This document shows, one piece after another, positions 1-10,964 of a stretch of 64,000 bases of DNA. The stretch's first letter is position 1, and each line of letters starts with the position of its first letter. The position numbers and the translations under genes are program-made. Under the pieces are notes generated by a model. The model ran no database searches. It was given only the letters and a program-made list of their open reading frames with translations, and was not told the origin of the DNA. The DNA comes from an uncultured Planctomycetaceae bacterium (GTDB taxonomy: Bacteria > Planctomycetota > Planctomycetia > Pirellulales > PALSA-1355). The DNA is taken from contig CAWAUV010000009.1 in NCBI GenBank assembly GCA_963785305.1, positions 416,001 to 480,000 on the forward strand, given 5' to 3'.

Positions 1-410
1 GCCGCGGTGTTTTGCAATTGCAAAGGGGCGGCGATCGTTTCCGCCGTGCTCACGGAGCTCGTGGTTTGGATCAAACCGCCGCTCGAGAGGATCAGCGAGT
101 TGCCCGTGGTCAAGCCGATGGTATAGGCCGGAAGTGTCGATGAAGAATTGTCGAACGTAATCGAGCCGATATTCCGACCCGAGTCGACGGTGATCAGAGC
201 GCCTCCAGCGCCGGCGGCGGCGTTGAAGGTCGCGGTGTCGCCGTTGGTCGTGCCGCTGGTGGCGCCGGGGATAATTCCGGCGTTCCAGTCAAGCGAATCG
301 CTCCAGAGCGAGTCGGTCCCGCCGCCGGTCCATGAACTGCTATTGGCCTGCGCTCGCGCAATCGTCGCGGCGTTGGCGGCGAAGATCAGCGCGGTCGCGC
401 GAATACACAT
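1..410 (-). CDS. Secreted autotransporter-associated beta-strand-repeat-like protein, N-terminus (runs off the window)
   Basis: Manual translation MCIRATALIFAANAATIARAQANSSSWTGGGTDSLWSDSLDWNAGIIPG...GRNIGSITFDN shows a signal peptide plus a WTGG..W...NW-type start typical of PVC beta-helix exoproteins. Start codon uncertain. Confidence 0.6.
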   Translation of the reverse strand, partial: MCIRATALIFAANAATIARAQANSSSWTGGGTDSLWSDSLDWNAGIIPGATSGTTNGDTATFNAAAGAGGALITVDSGRNIGSITFDNSSSTLPAYTIGLTTGNSLILSSGGLIQTTSSVSTAETIAAPLQLQNTA

Positions 411-674
411 AGCTCCGCCGGCAAACGAGCCATCGCCATGTCGCTCGCCCAATGCGGACGACCGCAACTCGATTTAGGAGATCGCGCGAACATTCAATAG
501 CGTCCCCGGAAAAACGAAATCCCGAATAACCGGAATAATCAACCTATTCCAGTCCCTACGATGATTTCGTGCCTCTTCGCTCGCAATCCCCCTGAATGGG
601 GAAATTGCCGTCCGGAGCGGGCCATGCGAATGCGCGATGCCATTTCGGCGAAGGGCATCGCGTTTCGCGAACCC

Positions 675-1373
675 CTATCGCGCGAGCACCATCAGCGAGC
701 GGCCGCCGAGGGCTTGGACCGAGAGATTGGGGCAGAGGGGGAAGGTGGCATTTCGCAGCCATTGCAAAACATGCTGCCGCACCGGGCGATGTTTTTGGAC
801 CGGCCGACGGGGCGGGTAAAACCAATCCAGCACTTCGTACCCCGCCTGACCGAGAGTCGCCAGGGCCGTGTCCTTGGTGAAAAAGTGAATGTGTCCGACC
901 GAGCGAAGCTGATCGAGCAGCACATGGCTGCGAATCGCCGCATAGGCCGACATATCGAGCGGAATATGCAAAATCGTGTGGTCGGCCAGCGGGCGCAGTT
1001 TCCGCAAGAAGCCATAAAAGTCGTCGAGATGTTCGATCAGGTCGATCACGAGCATCAAATCAAAATGCACGTCGTTCTCGGCCGTGAGGTCGGCCAAGTG
1101 AAAATGCAGCCGCTCGTTGGCCCGGCTCTCGGCCATTGCATGGCTTTGGGGCGAAATGTCGTAACCCCAGAATTCGCAATCTCGCGGCGCCCGGCGCTGA
1201 AGCTGCGATAGAATCTCGCCGGCTCCGCAGCCCACCTCGGCCACGCTCTCGAGCCGTAGCGAATGCCGGGTGATCATGCGCCAGATATTTTCCGCCTTCC
1301 AAGGCGAATCTTCGACATGCCATGTCGGATTGTTTTCCAAATACAGTCCGTCGGTATAAGCCGCGATAGCCAT
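675..1373 (-). CDS. Class I SAM-dependent methyltransferase
   Basis: VAEVGCGAGEI motif I, GYDIS, and DLIEHL motif. Confidence 0.85.
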   Translation of the reverse strand: MAIAAYTDGLYLENNPTWHVEDSPWKAENIWRMITRHSLRLESVAEVGCGAGEILSQLQRRAPRDCEFWGYDISPQSHAMAESRANERLHFHLADLTAENDVHFDLMLVIDLIEHLDDFYGFLRKLRPLADHTILHIPLDMSAYAAIRSHVLLDQLRSVGHIHFFTKDTALATLGQAGYEVLDWFYPPRRPVQKHRPVRQHVLQWLRNATFPLCPNLSVQALGGRSLMVLAR

Positions 1374-1696
1374 GGCGTTGCTCGCTCGGGAACAAAGATC
1401 GTCGAAGCGTCTTGGCGCCGCCGGCACGATGCCTCTAGGCGGGTCGGGCCGCGGCGCGCTGTTGTCAAATCTAGGTCATCGCCGCCATCGCGGGCATCGC
1501 GAGCCCGAGCGGGGCCTGCCGCAAACAATTTGCCACGGTGCGGCGTGGCCCGCGAACGCGGAATATTTGGTATAACTGGACCGCGAAGACACGCGGGCGA
1601 GAGTGTCTACGTTGCTTGGCCGCTTCGGGGCGCCGGTCCCCCGCGACAAAAAAACCTATCCGAACGCACCGCGCGAAAGGCATGCGAGAGGGTTCG

Positions 1697-2650
1697 ATGG
1701 CTGCGATTTATCTCACCGAGTCCGATATCGAAGGCCTGATCGAAATGCGGCCTGCCATCGCCGTGATCGAGGAGGCATTTCGGCAAATGGCGCTCGGCCA
1801 AGCAGAAAACGCCCCTCGGCAGCGAGCCCGCTCGCCCGGCATCGTGCTCCACAACATGAGCGCTTCGGCCGCGTATCTCGGCCGCGTGGGCTTCAAGTGC
1901 TATACCACGACCCGCGCCGGCGCCAAGTTTCTCATCGGTCTCTACGATGGCCACAACGGCAGCCTGCTCTCCCTGATGGAAGCCGATCAGCTCGGCCAGA
2001 TTCGCACCGCCGCCACAACCGGGGTGGCGATCCACTGGATGACCGAGCCCGACATCACCGAAATGGGGCTCTTCGGCGCCGGCTGGCAGGCTCGCGGGCA
2101 GCTTGCGGCGGCCGTGGCGGTGCGACCAATTCGCGTGGCCTATGTCTATTGTCGCGACCACGAGCGCCGGCAGCGTTTCGCCGATGAAATGTCGTCGGAC
2201 TTGAATATCGAAGTTATTCCGGTCGATCGTCCGCAAGAAGCCGCCGAGGAACTGCCCTTGGTAATCACGGCCACCACGAGCCGCGAGCCGGTGTTGCATG
2301 GAAAATGGCTGGCCGAACCTGCCTTGGTGTGCGCCATCGGCAGCAATTGGATCAATCGAGCCGAACTCGATTCCGATGTGATCGCGCGGGCCGACCATGT
2401 GGTGTGCGACAGCGTGGCGGCCTGCCGGATCGAGGCCGGCGATTTTTCCGATGCGATCGAGCGAGGGTTGTTCGAGTGGTCGCGGGCCGTGGAACTGGCC
2501 GACGTGGTCGGCGGAATGGCTGTGGGCCGCAGTCGGCAGCGCATTTCGCTTTTCAAAAGCGTCGGCTTGGCGATCGAAGACATCGCCATCGCCGCGCGAC
2601 TCTACGACCTCGCGCGAGCCAAGGGACTCGGCCAGCCGCTGCCGCTGTGA
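1697..2650 (+). CDS. Ornithine cyclodeaminase / mu-crystallin family protein
   Basis: IRTAATTG, GAGWQA nucleotide-binding motif, and FKSVGLAIED C-terminal motif. Confidence 0.9.
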   Translation: MAAIYLTESDIEGLIEMRPAIAVIEEAFRQMALGQAENAPRQRARSPGIVLHNMSASAAYLGRVGFKCYTTTRAGAKFLIGLYDGHNGSLLSLMEADQLGQIRTAATTGVAIHWMTEPDITEMGLFGAGWQARGQLAAAVAVRPIRVAYVYCRDHERRQRFADEMSSDLNIEVIPVDRPQEAAEELPLVITATTSREPVLHGKWLAEPALVCAIGSNWINRAELDSDVIARADHVVCDSVAACRIEAGDFSDAIERGLFEWSRAVELADVVGGMAVGRSRQRISLFKSVGLAIEDIAIAARLYDLARAKGLGQPLPL

Positions 2651-2702
2651 TCTCGCGCGCCACGTCGACGCGCGGCGTGGAGGGCCAACCGCGACGACGC
2701 GC

Positions 2703-5700
2703 TTATTTCCCCGCCGCCGCCAGCGATTCGATATAGGCCACGAGCGACGCAAGTTCTTCGGCCGTCAGGTCCTTGACCAGCCCCTCGGGCATGATCGACA
2801 CATTTTGCTTCACCCGCTCCTCGATACTGGCCGCGGGAATCTTAATCTCGCGGGCCTCGGCGTCGCGCACCGTGATTTCGTCGGCGGCTTCGTTAGTCAC
2901 AAAGCCGGTCACGGCGCGACCATCGTCGAGCACGAACACCGTGGTGACGAAGCCCTGCGCGATTGACTTATTCGGCAGCAAAATCGCCTCGGCGATCTGG
3001 TCGCGCTTGTAGGTGCGGGCCACTTGCGGCAAGAAGGGTCCCCGCAGCGGCTCATCGGGCTTGATCGTGTGGCACTTGTTGCAGGTGAGTTTCACGAACA
3101 ATTGCTCGCCCCGGGCCGGATCGCCCTTGAGTTTGGCCACCTCGGCCAAAACATCGGCCGGCTTGAGCGACGCGATGCGCGGGCCAGCCGCCGGCCGCGA
3201 CTTTTCGAGCTTCCAAGCCGCGATCACTTCCTTGGCGGCGGCGACCACTCGCGGATCGGGGTCGGTGGCGGCCGCCAGGGCCCGCTCGTCAAAGGAACGT
3301 TGATTGGCGAACAGCGCCGCGCGGAGAATCCGCGCTCGACGCGGCGGATCGGCCCAGCCGGCGTCGAACGCTTTCTCGGCCAGGGCCCGAACCTCGGGCG
3401 AGACATCCTTGCCGGTGAGGAGCACGAGCAAGCCGGCCTCGGCCCAAAGGCTCTTGGCGTCATCGGCAGCGGCGGCATGGCGCACGATCGCCTCGATATG
3501 CGGCACGAGCGACGCGCGATTCAAAAACGCCGCCTTCGCCGTGTCGAGCGGTTTGCCCTTGGCCTTGGAGAGCCGCGGCCCAGCGTCGAGCACCGCTTCG
3601 AAGGCATCGGGATCATCGCAGCGCGTAAGCACCGTGACCAAGCCGGCGAGCGTGTCGAGATCGGTCGCCTCGGAGCGAGCGGCTCGCTCGAGCATGGGCA
3701 GCGCCGGCGGGAGTCGCCCCGGCTTTAATCAACTCGTTGACGGCCTGCGGCATGAAAGCGGCGTCGCGCTCGGCGCTGGCCAAAATCAGTTCGGTCAACC
3801 CCGGCAACCGCACCCGATGGCGGTCCATCTGCTTGAGCAGCAGCGCCGTCTCGGGAGATTGCGGCGCCCGGTCGATGTTTGCCTTGAGCGCCGCCGCGAT
3901 CTTGGGCGATTCGGACCACGGTTCGGCCTGATAATAGGGCCCGGTCGTGTCGGGACGGGTGCCCCAACTGGCGCCGGTCCATTTGCCCTCGACATTGTAA
4001 AGCCGGCATAGGGCCGTGATGAGACCCGAGCGACGCTCGCTATTCGATTCGCGCTCGAGCCGCGAGAGCAAGCCATCGACCACTTCGGGCGAGTGCAGCA
4101 ATTGCAACACGGCCAGCGCGCCAGGGCGAGCCGCGGGACTCGCGTCGGAGCGATCGACCACGGCAAACAGCGGCCCGGCCGAGCCAAGCAGCGCCAGCGT
4201 TTGCACCGCGGTGTGCGCGACCACCGGGTCGGCGTCGGCCACAAGTGGCGTCATCGCCGCGGCATGTTCGACCTTGCCCAGCCGGGCCAGCGCCACGAGC
4301 GACTCGAGCCGAGTGCGCGGGCGCTATCGGAAAGGCCGGCCACGAGCAACGCCTCGGGCACGTCATCGCGCTGGTCCCAACGATCGGCCAGGGCGCGAAT
4401 CACGAGCGGACGCAGCGCGGCGTCGTCGGCCAGCGCGGCCAATCGCGCGTGGCTCGCGCTGCCGAGAGCCTGCTTGAGCGTGAAGACGGCCAACACGCGC
4501 GACGCCAAAGCCGCCGAACGGTCGCCGGCCAATTTCTCGATTTCGGCGATCGTGGCCGGCGCCAATTTGCGAGCCAGCAGCTCGCGCTGGGCCGCCAGCC
4601 GCCGCCGACCGCTGGCGGACGACAGCTCGGCGACCAAGGCCGCTTCGCTCGCTTTGGCCGTGTCGACCAGCGGCGCCGCGGTGTGGTTCTTGGGAGTCAC
4701 GCGCACCAGATAGCCGACATCTTCGCCGTTGTAGGAAAACACGGCTCCGAGCCAACTGCTGGCGTAGACATGACCGCGGGCGTCGACATCGAGATCCGTG
4801 ATGCGGGGTAGCCGGAGGAATTCGGTTTGATCGGCCTTGAATGTGGCGCCCTGGGGCTCGAAGCGATGGCGATAAGCAAAGTCGCGCCCCCAGTCGGCGG
4901 TATATGCCGCGGGACTCGCGTCTTTCGGAAAGCCGGGCTCGTCGAGATACATCGCCCCGCAACCTGAACCACCGCCGTAGTCGGCCAGCGGCTGGATGAT
5001 CTCGTCGCCAAAGTTCTTGAACAATCGCGGATAGCCGTGATTCTCGATCCCGGTGAAATGGTGGAGGCGAATATCCCAGCCGCCGCCATCGTTGGTGTTG
5101 TCGCGCGTGAAGCCGTTCAGAAGCGGATCGACGGCAACTTCGAGGATGTTGCGCGTGCCCAGGCTGTAGATTTCGAGACCCGAGCCATCGGGCCGCACCC
5201 GCGCCACGCCGCCGCCGCGGAGTTGCAGCTTGCGTCCGTCGGCGCCTTCGGCTTCCATGAATCCGAAGTCGCCGATCGCCAGATACAGCCAGCCATCGAC
5301 GCCAAGCGTCACGCCATTTGAAGTGTGGTCGGCCGGCCGGTCCTTGAAACCAAACGCGATGTTCTTGACGAGCACGCGCTCTTCGTCGGCCCGGCCATCG
5401 CCATCGTGGTCGAGAAACGCGCTCAAATGCGGCGGATGCATCAAATACAACCGATCGCGATCCCAAACCAAGCCGCGCGGACTGTCCACATTGGGCACGA
5501 ACAGCTTCGACTCATCGGCCCGGCCATCGCCGTCGATATCGCGGAGCCGATACACGGCGCCGTAATTCTTCTCGCGACCAAGCGAGCCATTTCTGTCGAC
5601 GGACACATAAACAACCCCATCGGGCGCGGCGGCAACATACACCGGATATTGCACCGCCGGCGGCGTGGCGAACACGGTCATGTCATAACCCTCGGGCGCA

Positions 5701-6971
5701 TGGAGCGACCGGGCAATGGTTTCGGCCTTGGACGGAGGCGCGGTGGCTTTCGTGGCTTCGACCATCGTGTCGCCAAGGACATTCACTTCGCGCAGGCTGG
5801 CCCACCCCGCGCCGGGACCGGCGCCCAAGAAGTCGACGCGCACATAGCGCACGTTCGCGTCGAAAGCGAGTTTCGGCGAGCCGCTTTTGGCGTTGTGCGA
5901 TTGATCGGCGAGCGTGTTCCAGGTTTTTCCATCGGTCGAGCCTTCGACCTTGTATTCATACACTCCCGAAGTGCTTTCCCAAGTGAGTTGGCAACCGGTG
6001 ACATGCTTGGCGGCGCCCAGGTCGACCTGCCACCATTGCGGCGCCGAAGGGCCCGAAGCGCACCAGCGACTATTTGAATCGCCATCGATGGCGTCGCCCG
6101 GCGCGTGGCCGCCTTCCACGGTCGATGCCGTGGCCGGCTTGCCAAAGGCCAGATTTTCCAGAATCCGCGGTTTGGCGGCGTCTTGCTTCAGATAGTCGGC
6201 GTTGAGCTTGCCGCGGGCCCATAGCGCGCCGCGCGTCACGAGATCGAGGTACTCGTGGCTGCCGACGGTTTCGTTATGATGGCCCAGGGTCGTGCCGAAG
6301 ACCCTCGCATCGTGGTACTGATTCGTCCAAACGCAAACTTCCTCGGTCCCGCGTTCGCGATTCTTGGCCGAAGCGAGCGGATGGGCCGTGGGCCACGTTT
6401 TTTCAATCCAGTAGAGCTCGCCCTGCGGCTGAAACCAACCGGCGCCCAGCGGGCGCATGATGGGATGTTCGGCGTCGCCATTGAGCACTTCGTGGCCATA
6501 GCCCGCGCCATGTTGTCGCGAAGTAACGCCGCAAAACTCGAACCAGTTGTCGGTCCCGTTGCGATAAGAATGCATGGCGCAGTGCAGCACCACGGCCGGC
6601 AGGCCGGCGCGATGCGGAGCGAGAACCCGCTCGCACCAGGCGGTGTCTTTCACATCGGCGAAACACTCGTCGTGGATCACGAGATCATAGCCCGCGGCCC
6701 AATCGGCTTTTTCATAAAGCGGAATCTTGCTGTCGGTGGCCGATCCACCCTCGAGCGCGATGGTGACTTGCACCCGGGCACGCTCTTCAAGGCCCTCTTT
6801 GAGCAGTTGGGTTTGCGCGGCATAGTCATGGCAGCAACCTCCGGCCACGAGCAGCACTCGCAGCGGCGGAGCGTCTTCGGCGCGAGCGGGCATCGGGCCG
6901 ATTGCACCCCAGGGGCCAGCGACCGAAAGGCCGGCAACCGTCAGCAGGGCCCAAAAAAGATGCTTCGGCAT
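2703..6971 (-). CDS. PVC-type multidomain protein: ThuA-like, F5/8 discoidin, membrane-bound dehydrogenase propeller, HEAT repeats and c-type haem domain (frameshifts near 4315 and 3705)
   Basis: Signal peptide, GGCCHDY ThuA start, F5/8 WWQVDLG, GVDGWLYLAIGD / GTRNILE propeller motifs, and GDPARGEQLF..CNKCH..SIMPEGL haem domain, spread over ORFs 4251-7163, 3613-4296 and 2703-3695. Confidence 0.85.
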
Positions 6972-7429
6972 GGCGCCATGCTTGCTCGCTCGAGGGCGAA
7001 AAATCCGATGAGGTCCCGACATTACTTTCCTCGATAGACAGGTAGAGGGATATTTTCGGCGGATCGGTGGGAAATCTCTCTCTTGGGAAATCGCCCATTG
7101 GGGGGCAACGCCGCGATGGGTCGGCTGGCGACGATGAAACCACCAAGCGCGCCGCGCGATCAAAGCTCATGCGTCGCGCGCGCCGACGCGCGGCCGCGAG
7201 CCCGGTCCGACGAGCATTCGCGATCGCGAAGGTTGGAACCACGATCATAGCACGCCGCCGCGACGCATGCCAAACCGGGCATGCGAGCGCGTCGGCCCCA
7301 GCGGCCTGCTGAAATATTCAACACGCCGCGCCGCGTGGATGCGGGGTCAGAATAACGACCGAAGGAACGGCAAAAAACACGACGTTTCGAGAAGTCGTGT
7401 TCCTGGAGGGAGAGGGGTAGCGGGAGCTG

Positions 7430-7624
7430 TTAGCGGTCGCTTTCCTTGAGGCCCCAGTTGGCGATGATCACTTCGGCGCCGGAGGTCATGCGGCGGAGTT
7501 TGGCGGCGATTACCAATTTTTCCGAGGCTGTCGCTTTTTTCAGTCGGCCCGCCAGCTTCTTGAGCGACTTCCGCCGCCGTCGCCGCCGCGCGATTTCCTG
7601 ATGCCGATCACTGATTCCGCTCAT
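7430..7624 (-). CDS. Small basic protein (DUF6800-like)
   Basis: R..EIARRRRRRK.L.KL...KLRRMT pattern; AGGAG RBS upstream. Confidence 0.65.
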   Translation of the reverse strand: MSGISDRHQEIARRRRRRKSLKKLAGRLKKATASEKLVIAAKLRRMTSGAEVIIANWGLKESDR

Positions 7625-8015
7625 GCGATAAAACTCCTGGCTGAATGCGACATGGGCGGCGCCCTCGATGGCCGCCGCAAATGAAAATATCGAGCCCCCG
7701 CGCGGGTCGCGAGTGGCGTGCGACGCGAATCCAACTTTTTACCAGCCGGCAGGCGAACCGTCAACGCGATGCGAGCACGATTGTGTCATGCGCCAATAGT
7801 AATGTCCCCATTCTCGCGCACTTGAAAGGAGACCGCGATGGAGGCATGGACAATGAGGCCGAGCTTCGCGGCGGTCAGAGTCTGGAATCGCTCGCCGAGT
7901 CTTTCGATTCGTTTGAACATGACACCCATCGGTCGCGATCGGCAGCGTAGCCCGACACGGGCATGTCGCCGGACACGCGCCTATCGAGCGCTTCATGTGA
8001 GCAAGAGCGAGCCGC

Positions 8016-8623
8016 TCAGCCGGTGGCCGGGCCGGCGTCGGCTTGGCGCATTTTTCGGCGGGCGCGGCTGAGCGTGGGGCCGATGCTGTTTTCCGGCATG
8101 CCCACCGCGTGGCTGATTTCTTGATAGCTCTTGCCTTCCAAATGGTAGAGCCGCACCACTTGCGCTTCGGCGACGTCGAGCTCCGAAAGCAGCCGCTCGA
8201 CTTCCTCGCGGTCGCTCAGGCGTCGCTCGACCGGATGTTCCGCGCAGCGCCGCCCGCGCCGCCCTGGCTGGCCGCGAATTCGGCCGCCACGGCCTCGCCG
8301 TTGGTCACCCGGGCATTGGCCTTTTGCTTGAGCAGTTCATGCACCGCGGCTCGCCGGGCGACGACCGTGAGATAGGTCGCCAGGCTGCATTCGCCGCGAA
8401 ACTGGCGCAAGAGCGCCATGTCTTCGCGCACAATCGCCAGAAACACTTGCGCTACCAAGTCCTCGCGGTCTTCGGCCGTGAGTCGGCGCGAGCGAGATTG
8501 GGCCGAATGATTGACCACATGGATCACAAGGCCCATGAAACGATCGACGAAATCTTCCCAAGCGCGTGGACGCCGCGCCAGACAGCGTTGCAACAAACTG
8601 CGATCGATTTCAGACAATGCCAC
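8016..8623 (-). CDS. ECF-type RNA polymerase sigma-70 factor (frameshift near 8230)
   Basis: Region 2 AWEDFVDRF..EDLVAQVF..SLATYLTVVARR; the shifted frame gives region 4 VVRLYHLEGKSYQEIS..ENSIGPTLSRARRKMR. Confidence 0.85.
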
Positions 8624-9037
8624 TGGGGCGACCCTTCGATAGACGCGCGTCGCTGAGAGCTACAATCCCTTGGCCGATCCCGAAACGCGAAGCAAAAAAT
8701 GGAGCCTAACCCAAAACTCGCGAAAAACGGTCTAAAACTTGAATCCAAACCCGCTCGGCAGTCCCGAGCCCTCTTGCGATTGCGACGATTGCCGGGCAGC
8801 GGGACCAAATTTTTACGGCGCCGCAAGCAGGCGCAGGCTAAGCGCCAAATCGCGGAGCCACGTATAACAGCGACCCGTTCGCCAATCGCTCGGCCGACAA
8901 CGACTTGCGACGATCGACAACCGGAGACGGCACCATTTTCAACAGAACTCTTTTACATTTATGATCTTAAGTGAAGCGCGCCCTTGTGACAAGCTCGATC
9001 GCGCGCAAAAAACGACGCGGCCCGGGTCGGGCATGGG

Positions 9038-9067
9038 TTGACATTAGCGAGCGGCGAGCTATAGAAT
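9038..9067 (+). promoter_or_regulatory. Sigma70-type promoter
   Basis: TTGACA (9038-9043), 18 nt spacer, TAGAAT (9062-9067). Confidence 0.6.
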
Positions 9068-9068
9068 T

Positions 9069-9241
9069 CGCACGACTCGCGGGCCGAACCCAGCACTTCA
9101 AGTGCTGACTCGGTAAGCATTTGTCGCTCGGCGCGAACCGTCGCCGCCCGACCTGAAGCGTTTTCCGCGTCGGGAGCTTTTCCTAGGCTGGCGTGAGCCG
9201 AGTTGGGCTCGTGGCGGCGCCTTGGGCCCGTGAGTCGCGCG
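9069..9241 (+). ncRNA. Candidate structured RNA (6S-like rod or cis-leader)
   Basis: 5' arm 9073-9085 pairs with 9225-9237 (13 bp, one G-U); internal hairpins; begins at the predicted transcription start. Confidence 0.45.
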
Positions 9242-9285
9242 GCAACTTGTGCAAATCGTGAATTTTCTTGAGGAGTACCCGGGCG

Positions 9286-9567
9286 ATGACCCACGTCGTG
9301 TGCGAACCGTGCCTTGGCTGTAAGTATACCAACTGTGTCGTCGTTTGCCCGGTTGAGTGCTTCTACGAAGGCGAGAAGATTCTCTATATCCACCCCGATG
9401 AATGCATCGACTGCGAAGCCTGTGTTCCGGAGTGCCCGGTGGAAGCGATTTTCCACGAAGACAATGTGCCCGAGGAGTGGAAGAGCTACACCGCGCTCAA
9501 TGCGGAAATGTCGCCGCAATGCACGGTGATCACGCAAAAGAAGCAGCCGCTCGCCGGCTCCGAGTGA
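9286..9567 (+). CDS. fdxA: Dicluster ferredoxin, FdxA type
   Basis: MTHVVCEPCLGCKYTNCVVVCPVECFYEG..PDECIDCEACVPECPVEAI; GAGGAG RBS. Confidence 0.92.
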   Translation: MTHVVCEPCLGCKYTNCVVVCPVECFYEGEKILYIHPDECIDCEACVPECPVEAIFHEDNVPEEWKSYTALNAEMSPQCTVITQKKQPLAGSE

Positions 9568-9770
9568 TCCGTCGGGCCGCGCGAGCGGGTTGCATCGTTT
9601 CATTCCGGCTGTCTTTGCCAACGCGCTTGGGTAGCGCCGAGAGCTTGAATCTCGACCTCATCGTGCGCATGCTTCGTGCTTGGCGATCTCGCGACGCAAG
9701 ACACGAGTCCCGAAGATCGACCCCACTCGTACGCACTCCTTCCACGCACTCGCCCCCAGGGAGATCGTTT

Positions 9771-10814
9771 ATGCGCCATTGTGTCTTTGCCATTGCCGCT
9801 CGAACACTTGCCTTCGCTTCGCTCGCGCTTGGCCTCGCCGGAGTCGAACGTCCCGTTCGGGCGGAGCCGCTTGTCTATCGCGGCGCCGAGGGCGCCGGGC
9901 ACGGGAAGCAGGTGGTGCTCATCGCCAGCGATCATGAATATCGCTCGGAAGAAACGATTCCCCAGCTTGCTCGCATTCTCGCCAAGCATCATGGCTATCA
10001 ATGCACCGTGCTGTTTGGCGTCGATGAGAAAACCGGCGACATCGTGCCGGGCAAGTCGAACATCCCCGGCACGGAGGCCCTGAAGACGGCCGATCTGCTC
10101 GTGATCTTTACCCGTTTCCAGAATCCGCCGGCCGAGCAAATGCAGCCGTTGGTCGATTATCTCGACCGCGGCGGCCCGGTCGTCGGGCTGCGCACGGCGA
10201 CGCATGCATTCAATATTCCGAAAGAGAGCCCCTTTGCCAAATACGACTGGAACAATCAGGCCGCCGACTATCGCGGTGGATTTGGCCGGCAGATTCTCGG
10301 TGAGACTTGGGTCGGTCACCACGGCGACAATCATCGGTCGAGCACCCGGCTTGAAATCGCGCCGGGCGAGTCGAGCCATCCGATCCTGCGCGGCGTGAAA
10401 GACATGTGGGTGGAGGAGGGCGGCTACAATGCCGACCCGATCGCCGGCAGCGAAGTCTTGGCGATCGCTCAGCCGCTGTTGGGCATGACACCCGATTCGC
10501 CGGTCGACACGAAAATGAAACCGGTTCCCGCCGCCTGGGTGCGGAACTATCAAAGCGCGTCCGGCAAATCGGGCCGTGTGTTTACCACCACCTACGGCGC
10601 GAGCGGCGATCTGCTCAACGAGGGATTTCGTCGGATGCTCGTAAATGCTTGCTTCTGGGCCTCGGGCCTCGAGGGCGAGATCAAGCCTGACGCCAATGTC
10701 GCCATCGTCGGCGAGTACCGGCCGACATGGCACGGCGGCGCCAACAGGGCCAACAATGTGAAGCCCCAAGACCTTTCCGGCTGGGATTCGCCGATCTGGC
10801 CGGCGGCTAAATGA
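9771..10814 (+). CDS. Secreted ThuA-like domain protein
   Basis: Signal peptide, DHEYRSEE, GLRTATHAF, and GRVFTTTYGA. Confidence 0.8.
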   Translation: MRHCVFAIAARTLAFASLALGLAGVERPVRAEPLVYRGAEGAGHGKQVVLIASDHEYRSEETIPQLARILAKHHGYQCTVLFGVDEKTGDIVPGKSNIPGTEALKTADLLVIFTRFQNPPAEQMQPLVDYLDRGGPVVGLRTATHAFNIPKESPFAKYDWNNQAADYRGGFGRQILGETWVGHHGDNHRSSTRLEIAPGESSHPILRGVKDMWVEEGGYNADPIAGSEVLAIAQPLLGMTPDSPVDTKMKPVPAAWVRNYQSASGKSGRVFTTTYGASGDLLNEGFRRMLVNACFWASGLEGEIKPDANVAIVGEYRPTWHGGANRANNVKPQDLSGWDSPIWPAAK

Positions 10815-10964
10815 CGGGAGAAGGGGGCGCGGGCACGGAGGGACATTGCCACGGACGGGCACGGGAACGGAATGTCGCGACGGACATGGCCACGGACGGA
10901 CACGGAAAAACACGGAAGGGGGTGAGGGTATGGGACCTTTGCCAAAATCTGGGGGTTGGCGAAT

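Noticed and set aside
7838..8071. 77-aa ORF with AAAGGAG upstream
   Set aside because: It overlaps the sigma factor 3' end and has no protein-like features, so it cannot be supported.
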